A DNA stretch of 64,000 bases, taken from NCBI GenBank assembly GCA_016932045.1, contig JAFGDO010000010.1, forward strand, positions 1,759 through 65,758, read 5' to 3'. A model generated the notes under the pieces. It did no database searches. It was not told the origin of the DNA and saw only the letters and a list, made by a program, of their open reading frames with translations. This DNA is from Candidatus Dojkabacteria bacterium (lineage in GTDB: Bacteria > Patescibacteriota > Dojkabacteria > JAHIVN01). Below are positions 30,884 to 39,846 of this stretch, in pieces (the stretch's first letter is position 1; every line of letters begins with the position of its first letter). Made by a program: the position numbers and the translations under genes.

Positions 30884-31981
30884 ATGAAAAAAAGAGCCCT
30901 AGCAGTTGCAATTGTTTCAGGATTATTTCTTTTCTCTCCCTTATTTATACTTACAGTAAATGCAGCCGACATAAGGGTGAATGAAGAAAGTGTCGTTGTA
31001 GATGAATATGTTGATGATGATCTGTATGTAAATGCAGGTTCAATTGAGATAAATGAAGATGTAAATGGAGACCTCGTCGCTGGCGGTGGACAAATTGTCA
31101 TAAACGACGACATATACGGGCACGCAATGATAGGAGGAGGAACTATTGAAATCAATGGCGATATTCGCGGAAGTCTTTTTGTTGGCGGGGGACAGATCAC
31201 TGTAAATGGAAGAATCTATGAGGATGCAAATATAGGCGGAGGAATGGTTACCTTAAATGGCGACGTTGACGATGATGTACGAATCGGCGGAGGCACCGTA
31301 TATATTAGAAGTACCGAGATTGGAGGAGATCTATTTGTTGGAGCCGGTAATGGATCCGTCTCGAATGATACTGAGGTAGGAGGAGATACACAGGTAGAAT
31401 TTGGTGATGCCCAAGGGTCAAAAGCATTTGATTTTAAAGACGTGTTTAGATTTCAACAAAGAAGTTTTGTAAGTATTCTCCTGGATTTTCTTAGAAAACT
31501 TGGGGTACTTGTTGGTTGGCTAATAGTTGGATATCTACTATTCAAATTTGCACCTGTAAAGAGCAAAACGATTGCCAATACCCTAACAGATAAGAATTCT
31601 TCTGTGATGAGTCTTGTAGTCGGAGTTGTATTTATGTTGTCACTAATAATTATAGTACCCGGTCTAATTCTTCTTACAGTGCTTGGCATTGGACAGCCTC
31701 TTTTGGGCCTATTCTTCTCACTTCTTGCAGTTGCACTTACAATTGGAGGACTATATAGTGCAACAGGATTAACAAGGATGATAATCCGCTTAAAGAAGCC
31801 GAAGTATGAAGGCCTGATGCTTCCTATGCTTATAGGAGTAACTGTCTATCAAATATTGGGTTGGATACCTTGGATATTCTGCTGTCTTGGACCGATCGTA
31901 AAGATTCTCATTACCACATGGGGAGTAGGGGGAATACTTGTTTCAAAATGGAATATGATAAAAGAATCAAAAGGTAAATAA
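30884..31981 (+). CDS. Membrane protein with an N-terminal secreted bactofilin/CcmA-like beta-helical repeat domain and a C-terminal polytopic domain.
   Basis: A signal peptide, then about six repeats of the form D.(N)GD(L/V)..GGG.(I/V).(I/V)NG.. as seen in bactofilin/DUF342 beta-helices, then four or more TM helices. Confidence 0.55.
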   Translation: MKKRALAVAIVSGLFLFSPLFILTVNAADIRVNEESVVVDEYVDDDLYVNAGSIEINEDVNGDLVAGGGQIVINDDIYGHAMIGGGTIEINGDIRGSLFVGGGQITVNGRIYEDANIGGGMVTLNGDVDDDVRIGGGTVYIRSTEIGGDLFVGAGNGSVSNDTEVGGDTQVEFGDAQGSKAFDFKDVFRFQQRSFVSILLDFLRKLGVLVGWLIVGYLLFKFAPVKSKTIANTLTDKNSSVMSLVVGVVFMLSLIIIVPGLILLTVLGIGQPLLGLFFSLLAVALTIGGLYSATGLTRMIIRLKKPKYEGLMLPMLIGVTVYQILGWIPWIFCCLGPIVKILITTWGVGGILVSKWNMIKESKGK

Positions 31982-32008
31982 TATTTTACTTATTAATTAA
32001 TTTAAAAA

Positions 32009-32362
32009 ATGAGAAAAGTTGGAAAGATAGCAACTGCAGCGGGCACTATGTTAGCAAGCCTTTTTATGGGAGCTACAAGTGTTTCGGCTCAATCAGATTC
32101 TGCAGGCGATGTTTTTGGAGCCGGCATGAGTGCATTTATGTGCATCTGCTATGCAGTAGCAATTATTGTAGGCTTAGGACTCCTTGTATTCACAGTCATG
32201 ATGATAGTTGACGTGACAAAAAGAGATGAATCAGTCCTGCCTAACAAAACTATGTGGATGGTGCTTATGATCGTCGGAACAGTTGTTGGTGGTTTTGGTT
32301 GGATAGTAGCAATTTACTACTACTTCGCAAGGAAGAGAAAGTTAGATGCAATGGGTAAGTAG
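32009..32362 (+). CDS. Small membrane protein, PLDc_N-like.
   Basis: A signal/anchor segment, two TM helices and a C-terminal YYYFARKRK motif. Confidence 0.45.
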   Translation: MRKVGKIATAAGTMLASLFMGATSVSAQSDSAGDVFGAGMSAFMCICYAVAIIVGLGLLVFTVMMIVDVTKRDESVLPNKTMWMVLMIVGTVVGGFGWIVAIYYYFARKRKLDAMGK

Positions 32363-32382
32363 AACGATTAGATTAGAATAGA

Positions 32383-32416
32383 TGAAAAGAGCTTTACAGA
32401 TGTAAGGCTCTTTTTT
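32383..32416 (+). terminator. Intrinsic terminator: AGAGCTTTA...TAAGGCTCT hairpin followed by TTTTTT.
   Basis: A 9-bp stem including one G-U pair, then a T6 run, 20 nt after the stop at 32362. Confidence 0.55.
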
Positions 32417-32433
32417 ATATATTATCACCTAAG

Positions 32434-32455
32434 ATAAGGGGCTTAAGCCCCTTAT
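32434..32455. repeat. Palindromic element ATAAGGGGCTTAAGCCCCTTAT (copy).
   Basis: A perfect palindrome with the same GGGGCTTAAGCCCC core as the copies at 21611 and 30753. Confidence 0.55.
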
Positions 32456-32572
32456 TATATAGTCGAAGGTTGAAAGTTAGACTTTCAACCATTTCATACT
32501 AGTCCACTTGTCTAACAGCAACCAATAAATTATAATTCTAGAAATAGCTTATTTTTTAAGTGAACAATATAA

Positions 32573-33163
32573 ATGGCTGACACATATCTGATTCCTTCCG
32601 TCATAGAAAGAACTAGAGAGGGAGAAAGGGCATATGATATTTACTCACGTCTTTTGAAAGAGCGAATAATATTTTTGGGGACAGGAATAGACAACCAGGT
32701 TGCAAATGCAGTAGTTGCTCAGCTTCTTTTCCTCCAGAAAGAAGATAGTAAAAAAGATATCATGATGTATATAAATTCACCCGGAGGCATAATATATGCC
32801 GGTCTTGCAATAATCGATACTATGAATCATATAAGCTGCAATATCTCAACAGTTGCAGTTGGCGTTGTTGCTTCAATGTCAACATTAATACTCTCAAGCG
32901 GAACTAAAGGTAAACGCTACTCACTTCCAAATAGTATGATACATATTCACCAGCCCCACGCTCCAAGTGGAGTAAAAGGGCAGGCAAGCGATATAGAAAT
33001 TGAGGCCAAAGAAATTCTTAGATTAAAAGAGCTTTCCGCAAGAATTCTTGCAAAAACTACAGGTCAAAAAAAAGGCAAAATCATACAGGATTTCGACAGG
33101 GACTTTAATATGACAGCAAAAGAAGCAAAGGATTACGGAATAATAGATAGTATAATAACGTAG
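32573..33163 (+). CDS. clpP: ATP-dependent Clp protease proteolytic subunit.
   Basis: ERIIFLG...INSPGG, the catalytic-Ser context VASMST, and the His in IHQP. Confidence 0.9.
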   Translation: MADTYLIPSVIERTREGERAYDIYSRLLKERIIFLGTGIDNQVANAVVAQLLFLQKEDSKKDIMMYINSPGGIIYAGLAIIDTMNHISCNISTVAVGVVASMSTLILSSGTKGKRYSLPNSMIHIHQPHAPSGVKGQASDIEIEAKEILRLKELSARILAKTTGQKKGKIIQDFDRDFNMTAKEAKDYGIIDSIIT

Positions 33164-33275
33164 ATAGCTCGACGGTTGGATGGCCGGATGGCTAGGTAGC
33201 TAACCATCTAAAAAGCTGCAAGCTGATAGCTTGAAGCTTCATGACAATTATTAATTCTTCATTCTTAATTTTTAA

Positions 33276-33761
33276 TTGAATATAGTGCAAAACAAAGCTT
33301 GGATAAAAGCAGGTCTTCTTGCAGCAGGAGTTTCAATATTACTACAGCTACTTGGAACCATTTCGTGTCTAAAATGTGCATTGTGGCCTATATATTGCAC
33401 TTCGTGGTTCCTCGTTCCTTTAACCTGTGGATTTCTTGCTTCAACATGGGCTACCTTGGCTCGTGATGATCTCAGAGAAGCAGCGATTCAAGGAGCTCTT
33501 GCCGGTCTTGTTCTTGGAGTCTTAAGCGGAATTGTATCAATCAGTATAACGATAATCTCTTCAGTGCTCAACCTTAGCACGGTGACCTTCTTTAATGCTA
33601 TTGAAGAGAACAGGAATCTAACGGATTACCTGCCAATAAACACGTTAAACTTCGGAACAAGAATAGTATTTTCGACAATTGGATTTGTATTCGGGACCTT
33701 TTCAAATGTGATTCTTTCAGTTATTGGTGGTATAATCAAAGTCGCACTTTCAAAAAAATAG
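33276..33761 (+). CDS. Polytopic membrane protein, hypothetical.
   Basis: Four predicted TM helices and no recognisable motif. Confidence 0.5.
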   Translation: MNIVQNKAWIKAGLLAAGVSILLQLLGTISCLKCALWPIYCTSWFLVPLTCGFLASTWATLARDDLREAAIQGALAGLVLGVLSGIVSISITIISSVLNLSTVTFFNAIEENRNLTDYLPINTLNFGTRIVFSTIGFVFGTFSNVILSVIGGIIKVALSKK

Positions 33762-33816
33762 CAAGCTGTTAGACTGTAAATCAGCCTGTAATCGAGGCTA
33801 GTTCTGAAAAGAACAT

Positions 33817-33890
33817 GGGCGGTTAGCTCAGTTGGTTAGAGCATTCGCTTGACGTGCGAAAGGTCACAAGTTCGAATCTTGTACCGCCCA
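33817..33890 (+). tRNA. tRNA-Val (anticodon GAC). The 3' CCA is not encoded.
   Basis: A cloverleaf with acceptor GGGCGGT/ACCGCCC, D-arm AGCTCAGTTGGTTAGAGC, anticodon stem TTCGC/GCGAA with loop TTGACGT, and T-arm with GTTCGAATC. It is flanked by the inverted repeat GAAAAGAACA / TGTTCTTTTC. Confidence 0.85.
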
Positions 33891-34036
33891 TGTTCTTTTC
33901 TAGATGATGCAGATACGGTCGCAAGTTTCCTCCTTCGCTAAAGCTTTGTAGGACAGGCGAGTCATATCGTGCCCATTTTCTCTCTTCCAACTTTTCCTTT
34001 ACCCTTTTACACTTTACCTTCTATCTCCACCGCTAC

Positions 34037-34066
34037 TTGACATCGCTAGGTACCATGTGATACTAT
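34037..34066 (+). promoter_or_regulatory. Sigma70-like promoter upstream of padR: TTGACA, 18-nt spacer, TGaTACTAT (extended -10).
   Basis: CTTGACATCGCTAGGTACCATGTGATACTATGCAG, with the -35 at 34037-34042 and the -10 at 34061-34066. An ATGT...ACAT-type half-site (ATGTGATAC) overlaps the -10 and could be a PadR operator. Confidence 0.45.
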
Positions 34067-34090
34067 GCAGCCGTTTTGTCTACTCAAAAT

Positions 34091-34417
34091 ATGTCTATAA
34101 GAACGCAACTAAAAAAAGGAACTCTAGAACTCTGCATTTTAGCCCTAATATACAAGGAAAAGCGATATGGCTATGACCTTGTCTGTCTTCTTCGTGATGC
34201 AGGACTTCTCGTTGCAGAAGGGACCTTATACCCAATTCTAACTCGCCTAGGAAAAGAGGGCTTAGTTATTCATGCATGGGTAGAGTCAACACAGGGACCT
34301 CCAAGAAAATATTATGAGATAACAAACAAAGGAAGAGAGATTCTAAAAGAAGAATTAATCGAATGGGGTGACATATCAAAAAGCGTAGACAAATTAATAA
34401 ACGGTATAAAATTTTAA
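34091..34417 (+). CDS. PadR family transcriptional regulator.
   Basis: A winged-HTH PadR signature: LELCILALIYKEKRYGYDLVCLL...EGTLYPILTRLGKEGLV...KYYEITNKGRE. The ORF-track TTG start at 34076 is probably too early; the ATG at 34091 is preferred. Confidence 0.8.
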   Translation: MSIRTQLKKGTLELCILALIYKEKRYGYDLVCLLRDAGLLVAEGTLYPILTRLGKEGLVIHAWVESTQGPPRKYYEITNKGREILKEELIEWGDISKSVDKLINGIKF

Positions 34418-34426
34418 TTTGAAAAA

Positions 34427-36358
34427 ATGGTTAAAAAAGAGGGATTGGGCCCAAAGGTATCCCAAAAAATTAAAAAATCCATAACAAGTTTTACCTATAA
34501 AGAATTTGACTTAGTTAAATTATTTAAATTTACAAAAGAGGCCAAAGTATCATTACAGAGCTATTTTAAAGAATTGGCAGTAATTAGGACGAATTATACT
34601 ACAGAAGAATATGAAGATATCACTTCAAGCATCAAAGAGCACTTCTATGTAGTTTTAAATGAATATAGAAAGAAGTCCAAAAAGGAACCAATAGGGAAAG
34701 ATAAAGTAGAGAAAATAATAAATGATCTTGGTGATCCGAAAGAATTTATCGAGGAAAAGGGCGGTGAAAAACTAGAAAAGACCATACGACGCGAAAAGTT
34801 TCATAAGATTGCACTTAAGGCCGTATGGGTAATCATAAAATATTCATTTCTTATACTCTTGTTCATCTGTATTTACCTGCCAATAATCTTGACGCTCTTG
34901 TCTGTAGCGATTGGCGGATTTTTTGCTTCACTTATATGGATAGTAAATCCTACTAACTTCTTCGGAGAACAAATTATTGTGACCTCCTCTCTGGGTGTGT
35001 TAACACCAATCTTTGGAGTAGGACTGACTTTTCTGGCAACTGGACTTTGCATTCTTATTTTAAATCTCATTGGACGAATCCACTGGAAAAGACCATTACT
35101 AAAACTGAGATGTCTTACATTCCTGATCATCTTATTTGGAATAGTAATCACTTTTGGCACCTTTATAACCTTCTTTATCTTAAACAGAAAAGAAGAAGTA
35201 AGTTCTGAGTCGTTTAAAGAAGAACTGAATGGAATAGACACATTAGTTGTGGATGAAATATTTGATGATTTAGAAATTGTCGGTGATCAAAGTTTGGAAG
35301 ATGAGATTTCTATCCAAATTGAGAAGAGTGCCACAGGTTATGACAGCAGGGACGCATTTAACAATTTAGAAAGCATTGATTTCTCGATTGAAAAGATAGA
35401 AAACGAAATTTTCATTTCAAGCTTCTATAATGAATCTTTACGAAGTATGTATCATTTTGAAGACCTCAATATCACTATCAAAGTACCGCGGAATTTAAAA
35501 GTCAAATTCAATAGTGAAAAAGAGGATGATTCCAGGAAGATATTCCTTATGCTTGCTCTCCATGACATCTCATCAAAGATCAAGGTGAAAAATATTACTA
35601 CTGACTTAGATATCAGTTATTCATTTGGCAACCTGGAGTTTGAAAATATTACAAATGATGAATTTAGACTTGATCACAAGTTTGGGAATACGAAGGTGAA
35701 GAATCTAAAAACAAATGACCTTTTGATACAAAAGGAAAGCGGCTCAACCTTACTTGAAGAGATTAACGTTAGAAAAGATTGCGTTTTAAACTCAAAATTT
35801 GGATCAATAGAAGCAAAAACCGTAACTGCCGAATCAGTACAAATTGATAGTAATTCTGGAAGTATCGAGTTAGCGGGGATTGATGCAAGACTATCACTAA
35901 ATTCTAAATATAGCTCGATACAGATAGATAACGTAACGGGAGATACTTACATTGATTCAAGTAGTGGGGCCATAGAAATTATCAATCTTGTTGGCGACTT
36001 AACTATTGAAACAAAATACGGGAGCACGAGTGTAAACGACATAAGAGGAAAGCTCATAGTAAATAGCTCGGGCGGATCCATTGAAATTGGAAACATGAAG
36101 GGAAGTGTAGATATAAAAAATAAGTACGGCTCGATAGAAGTCGATTTTGAAGAAGTAACCAAGAGAAGTCAGAATTTTATAACAAACTCCTCAGGATCAG
36201 TTTATGTGGCTCTTCCTCAGGAAGCATATCCGGAGGTGCGCGTTTCTTCTGATTATGGCAGTGTAAGCAATGACTTTTCAAAGGAAAGTGTAAGAGACGA
36301 CAGTCCAATCTTCGATATAGAAGTAGAGTATGGAGGTGCGGAGATAGATAGAAAATGA
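34427..36358 (+). CDS. Membrane protein with an N-terminal DUF1700/HAAS-like (PadR-associated sensor) domain, a TM segment and a C-terminal DUF4097-like beta-rich domain (LiaG/YvlB-like).
   Basis: The N-terminal ~120 aa are helical and charged, followed by 5-6 TM helices. The C-terminus has repeated strands of the type KYGSIEVD / SSGGSIEIGN / SSGAIEII typical of DUF4097. It lies 10 nt downstream of padR. Confidence 0.6.
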   Translation: MVKKEGLGPKVSQKIKKSITSFTYKEFDLVKLFKFTKEAKVSLQSYFKELAVIRTNYTTEEYEDITSSIKEHFYVVLNEYRKKSKKEPIGKDKVEKIINDLGDPKEFIEEKGGEKLEKTIRREKFHKIALKAVWVIIKYSFLILLFICIYLPIILTLLSVAIGGFFASLIWIVNPTNFFGEQIIVTSSLGVLTPIFGVGLTFLATGLCILILNLIGRIHWKRPLLKLRCLTFLIILFGIVITFGTFITFFILNRKEEVSSESFKEELNGIDTLVVDEIFDDLEIVGDQSLEDEISIQIEKSATGYDSRDAFNNLESIDFSIEKIENEIFISSFYNESLRSMYHFEDLNITIKVPRNLKVKFNSEKEDDSRKIFLMLALHDISSKIKVKNITTDLDISYSFGNLEFENITNDEFRLDHKFGNTKVKNLKTNDLLIQKESGSTLLEEINVRKDCVLNSKFGSIEAKTVTAESVQIDSNSGSIELAGIDARLSLNSKYSSIQIDNVTGDTYIDSSSGAIEIINLVGDLTIETKYGSTSVNDIRGKLIVNSSGGSIEIGNMKGSVDIKNKYGSIEVDFEEVTKRSQNFITNSSGSVYVALPQEAYPEVRVSSDYGSVSNDFSKESVRDDSPIFDIEVEYGGAEIDRK

Positions 36359-36427
36359 TCGTGGTGATCAATTCAAATCAGTAAATTTAATTACAAAAGT
36401 AACCAAATAACTTAAGTTCTATTAAAC

Positions 36428-37084
36428 ATGTTAATCCAAACAAAAAATCTGACTCTAATATATGAAAACGGCAAGAATGATGTAACTGCAGTTAACGAGG
36501 TCAACATGACCCTTCCTGAAAAAGGTTTTTTCGGAATTCTTGGTCCGTCAGGCTCAGGAAAAACTTCGCTTCTTTACCTTTTATCTGGCATAAAACGTCC
36601 GACACTTGGAACAATTATTTACAGGGGAGAAACTTTTCCGCAATCATCTGGAGCAAGAAATAAGATAAGGAAAGAGGAGATGGGATTTGTATTTCAACAC
36701 CATTTCTTGATTAATTATCTCAGTACAGAGCAAAATATCCTTATTGGAGCATCCAGACAAGATCATGAAGCCCAGGAAAGAGTCCGGGAACTTATAGCTA
36801 AACTAGGTCTAGAAGAACTAGAAAAAAGACCCCCATATAAACTATCGGGGGGACAGAGACAGAGAGTTGCAATAGGAAGAGCGTTTGCAAATGAACCCAA
36901 GGTTGTTTTTGTCGACGAGCCAACAGCTTCTCTAGACCATAAAACGGGACAGAAAGTTGTCAAATTGCTAAAGGATTATTCGAAAAATGCATGCGTACTC
37001 TCCGTTACCCATGATCCGACAATTTTAAAGGGAGCAGATGGAGTATTCAAAATGTGGGACGGGAGATTGGAGGCTGGAAGTTAG
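36428..37084 (+). CDS. MacB/LolD-type ABC transporter ATP-binding protein.
   Basis: Walker A GPSGSGKTS, signature LSGGQRQRVAIGRA and Walker B VFVDEPTASLD. Confidence 0.85.
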   Translation: MLIQTKNLTLIYENGKNDVTAVNEVNMTLPEKGFFGILGPSGSGKTSLLYLLSGIKRPTLGTIIYRGETFPQSSGARNKIRKEEMGFVFQHHFLINYLSTEQNILIGASRQDHEAQERVRELIAKLGLEELEKRPPYKLSGGQRQRVAIGRAFANEPKVVFVDEPTASLDHKTGQKVVKLLKDYSKNACVLSVTHDPTILKGADGVFKMWDGRLEAGS

Positions 37085-37145
37085 ACGTTGGACGTGCGAT
37101 GTTAGACGTCAATCGTCAAACTTACTACTTATTACTACATTTCAA

Positions 37146-37502
37146 ATGCAGAACTACCACAATATAAATACCTGGAAGAAATCACATAAGCTGACAATGG
37201 AACTATACAAAGTAACTTCAAGATTCCCCAAGGAAGAGGTTTATGGAATAACAAATCAGCTTAAAAGATGTTGTTCATCTATTCCTGCAAATATTGCAGA
37301 AGGATGTGGGAGAAGAACGAATAAGGACTTATTGAGATTCTGTTACATTGCACTTGGATCTGCAAATGAAACTGAATACTTTTTACTTCTTTCAAAGGAT
37401 CTTAGTTACTTGGGTACAAAAGAATATAAAGCTTTAAATGAAAAGATAAACGAAATCAGACGCATGCTGATTAATTTTATTAAGAAACTTGATCCGAAGT
37501 AG
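37146..37502 (+). CDS. Four-helix-bundle protein (PF05635 / 23S rRNA IVS protein family; DGR Avd homolog).
   Basis: WKKSHKLTMELYKVTSRFPKEEVYGITNQLKRCCSSIPANIAEGCGRRTNKDLLRFCYIALGSANETEYFLLLSKDL shows the full family signature. The ORF-track start at 37038 overlaps the ATPase gene, so the internal ATG at 37146 is preferred. Confidence 0.75.
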   Translation: MQNYHNINTWKKSHKLTMELYKVTSRFPKEEVYGITNQLKRCCSSIPANIAEGCGRRTNKDLLRFCYIALGSANETEYFLLLSKDLSYLGTKEYKALNEKINEIRRMLINFIKKLDPK

Positions 37503-37560
37503 ATAAAATTATTGTGAAACGTCATACGTCAAACATCTAACTTCTTACTCTTTAGAAAAC

Positions 37561-38739
37561 ATGTTAAAACCACTCTCAGTACTAACTTACTACCTAAAAA
37601 ATAAAAGAAAGATATTGCCTATCATAGCAATCATAGCACTCTCTATTCTTGGGATATCTGTAACTGCCGCGATATCTGACTCTATGTGGCGAACTGTGTA
37701 CCAAAGTTTAGGCTTTTTTAACGACTACTACACCGCCTCTATCTCCTTTTCCCCTGACTCAGAGCTTGGTATAGAAGAATTCAAACAACTGCACAAAGAT
37801 CTTATAAACGAAATAGAGGGCATGGATGCAAAGGAGTACTACATCGAAAGTGATATCAGAAGTATAAAAATCACAACAATTTTTGGATCAAACAACGCCC
37901 TTATACTATTCATGGACAAGAACGACCATGACAAATTCTTAGATGAAATAGACTGCAAAGTTGTTGAAGGCCGGCTACCGGAAAATACTAGTGAAGTAAT
38001 TCTTGAAAAATCGATCATGAAAAATAAAGATCTAAAGCTAGGAGATAAGATAGGATCAAAGGTAGATGAGGATGAATGGCTTGATGGTGAATATGAGGTC
38101 GTAGGGATCATAGAGTCAAATGATAAGGAAAACGAGAATATGCTTGCTGTCGGATATAAAAATGGTGAAAAGGATGAAGAAATGGCTCTTATAAGTGAGT
38201 ACCTTATTCATCCAAAAGATGGACAGGAGGAAGCATTGAATCAACAAATGCACGACCTTACAGAAAAGTACCCAGATGTTGAGATAGAAACAAAACAAAC
38301 TCTTTACAAAGAAATAGAAGAAGAGTTTAATTCTATAAATCAGGTACTTTGGGCTATGAATATTGTTGTTATTCTGACAATTACTTCTTCAATAGCTCTT
38401 CTAAATGTCATTTTTTTCATGCAAAGGGCAAATGAATTTGGTCTCCTCGCAGCAGTTGGCTATTCAAAGAGTTTCATCATAAAAAGAACACTTTTTGAGT
38501 CATTTGGAAGTATCATTTTCGGATGGCTTTGTGGAATCGCATTCTCTGAGGTCGTATATAGAATTATCAATGCACAAGTATTTGACCCAAAGGGAATAGA
38601 GGGCCTGACAATCATAAATGGTAATACTTTGCTTTTCACAGTCCCGGTTCCTGTTGCAGTTGCAATATTCAGCGCAGGAACAGTGCTGTGGAAATTATTC
38701 AAAATGGACCCGATAAGTATTATTGAGAGGCGAGACTAA
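37561..38739 (+). CDS. FtsX/MacB-family ABC transporter permease.
   Basis: An N-terminal TM helix, a ~230-aa extracytoplasmic domain, and a C-terminal three-helix FtsX-like bundle. Confidence 0.75.
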   Translation: MLKPLSVLTYYLKNKRKILPIIAIIALSILGISVTAAISDSMWRTVYQSLGFFNDYYTASISFSPDSELGIEEFKQLHKDLINEIEGMDAKEYYIESDIRSIKITTIFGSNNALILFMDKNDHDKFLDEIDCKVVEGRLPENTSEVILEKSIMKNKDLKLGDKIGSKVDEDEWLDGEYEVVGIIESNDKENENMLAVGYKNGEKDEEMALISEYLIHPKDGQEEALNQQMHDLTEKYPDVEIETKQTLYKEIEEEFNSINQVLWAMNIVVILTITSSIALLNVIFFMQRANEFGLLAAVGYSKSFIIKRTLFESFGSIIFGWLCGIAFSEVVYRIINAQVFDPKGIEGLTIINGNTLLFTVPVPVAVAIFSAGTVLWKLFKMDPISIIERRD

Positions 38740-39085
38740 GAAATGGGAAAGTAGTGAAATAGTGAAGTAGTAAATAGTTTGACGGTTGGATGGTTGCTTG
38801 CTCCTGCCCTCGCCGGCAGGCCACGTAATGCGCGGCAGACGGACGCATTGTGCGGGGACGGTTTCATTGCTTCATTGACCAAATGTGCATATTTTTAATT
38901 TTTAATTGAAGATTGAAAATTGATTATTGAATATAGGTTCCTAGTTGGGGTTTATTTCGCGTACAATTATTTAATTTTTAAAAACAAGTCCATTCGCCTT
39001 ACTTCATTAATACTGCCGTTTCCTTGCTAAGCAGATCTCAAACCGGCTTTCAGTTATTAATGAAAAAGGATTAGGCTTTAAATTT

Positions 39086-39691
39086 ATGGCAAAATTCTTC
39101 AGCTGGCTTAAGATCAACTGTATCTTCTTCCTCCTCCCATTTATCTTAGTAGGAATAGTGTCAATTGTAATGCCAGATTTGATGTTGCTTTTACTTGGTG
39201 CCTGGGTAAAGGTTATTGAACTAGTTGCAAATCCACCTAAAATTGATGATAACTGCTCACGATTTCAACTTTTTCAAGAAATCTTTTTCAGGAATTCATT
39301 TTCAGCTGTAATCTGCTTTCTGGTTGGAATTGTCAATCAGGGACCAATTACAATGCTTTTTTATGGAATTTTTTATGCACTAATTATATTTTTAGCACCA
39401 GTAACAAGAGGAAGTTTGTTTTCCCTTATTGATTGGATATTTGTGGCAATGGAAATTGTAGCACTTATCATAAGCACCTCAATTGGATCATATATAGCGG
39501 GTGAATGGTTAGGTGTTGAGCCTACATTTAAGTCATTTTTCAAATACTGGAAAGAAAATTGGAAAAGATTCTGGCCAAAGGGAATTATCTCATTTAAGGA
39601 AGCAATACTAAAAACAAAAATGGAATTAATATTCGCAATAATCATAGCTCTTATTCTTCTTATATTGAGCGCAGCTATAGAAGTTTTATAA
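39086..39691 (+). CDS. Polytopic membrane protein, hypothetical.
   Basis: Several TM helices. The antisense ORF 39373..39816 is judged spurious. Confidence 0.5.
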   Translation: MAKFFSWLKINCIFFLLPFILVGIVSIVMPDLMLLLLGAWVKVIELVANPPKIDDNCSRFQLFQEIFFRNSFSAVICFLVGIVNQGPITMLFYGIFYALIIFLAPVTRGSLFSLIDWIFVAMEIVALIISTSIGSYIAGEWLGVEPTFKSFFKYWKENWKRFWPKGIISFKEAILKTKMELIFAIIIALILLILSAAIEVL

Positions 39692-39846
39692 GTAAAAAAT
39701 AGCAAAATGACCGCTCTTTGGAGCTTCCTTTTGCAATCCAACCAATACGAAATAAACCATGAACTTACCAAACTGTACTTTTTCTGTATAGAAAAACTCC
39801 TAAAGATCTGATACAATATTTCATCAATAATATTATTCTACCAAGC

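Noticed and set aside
39373-39816. The 147-aa minus-strand ORF.
   Set aside because: It is entirely antisense to the membrane protein gene 39086..39691 and has no motif, so it is likely a spurious shadow ORF.
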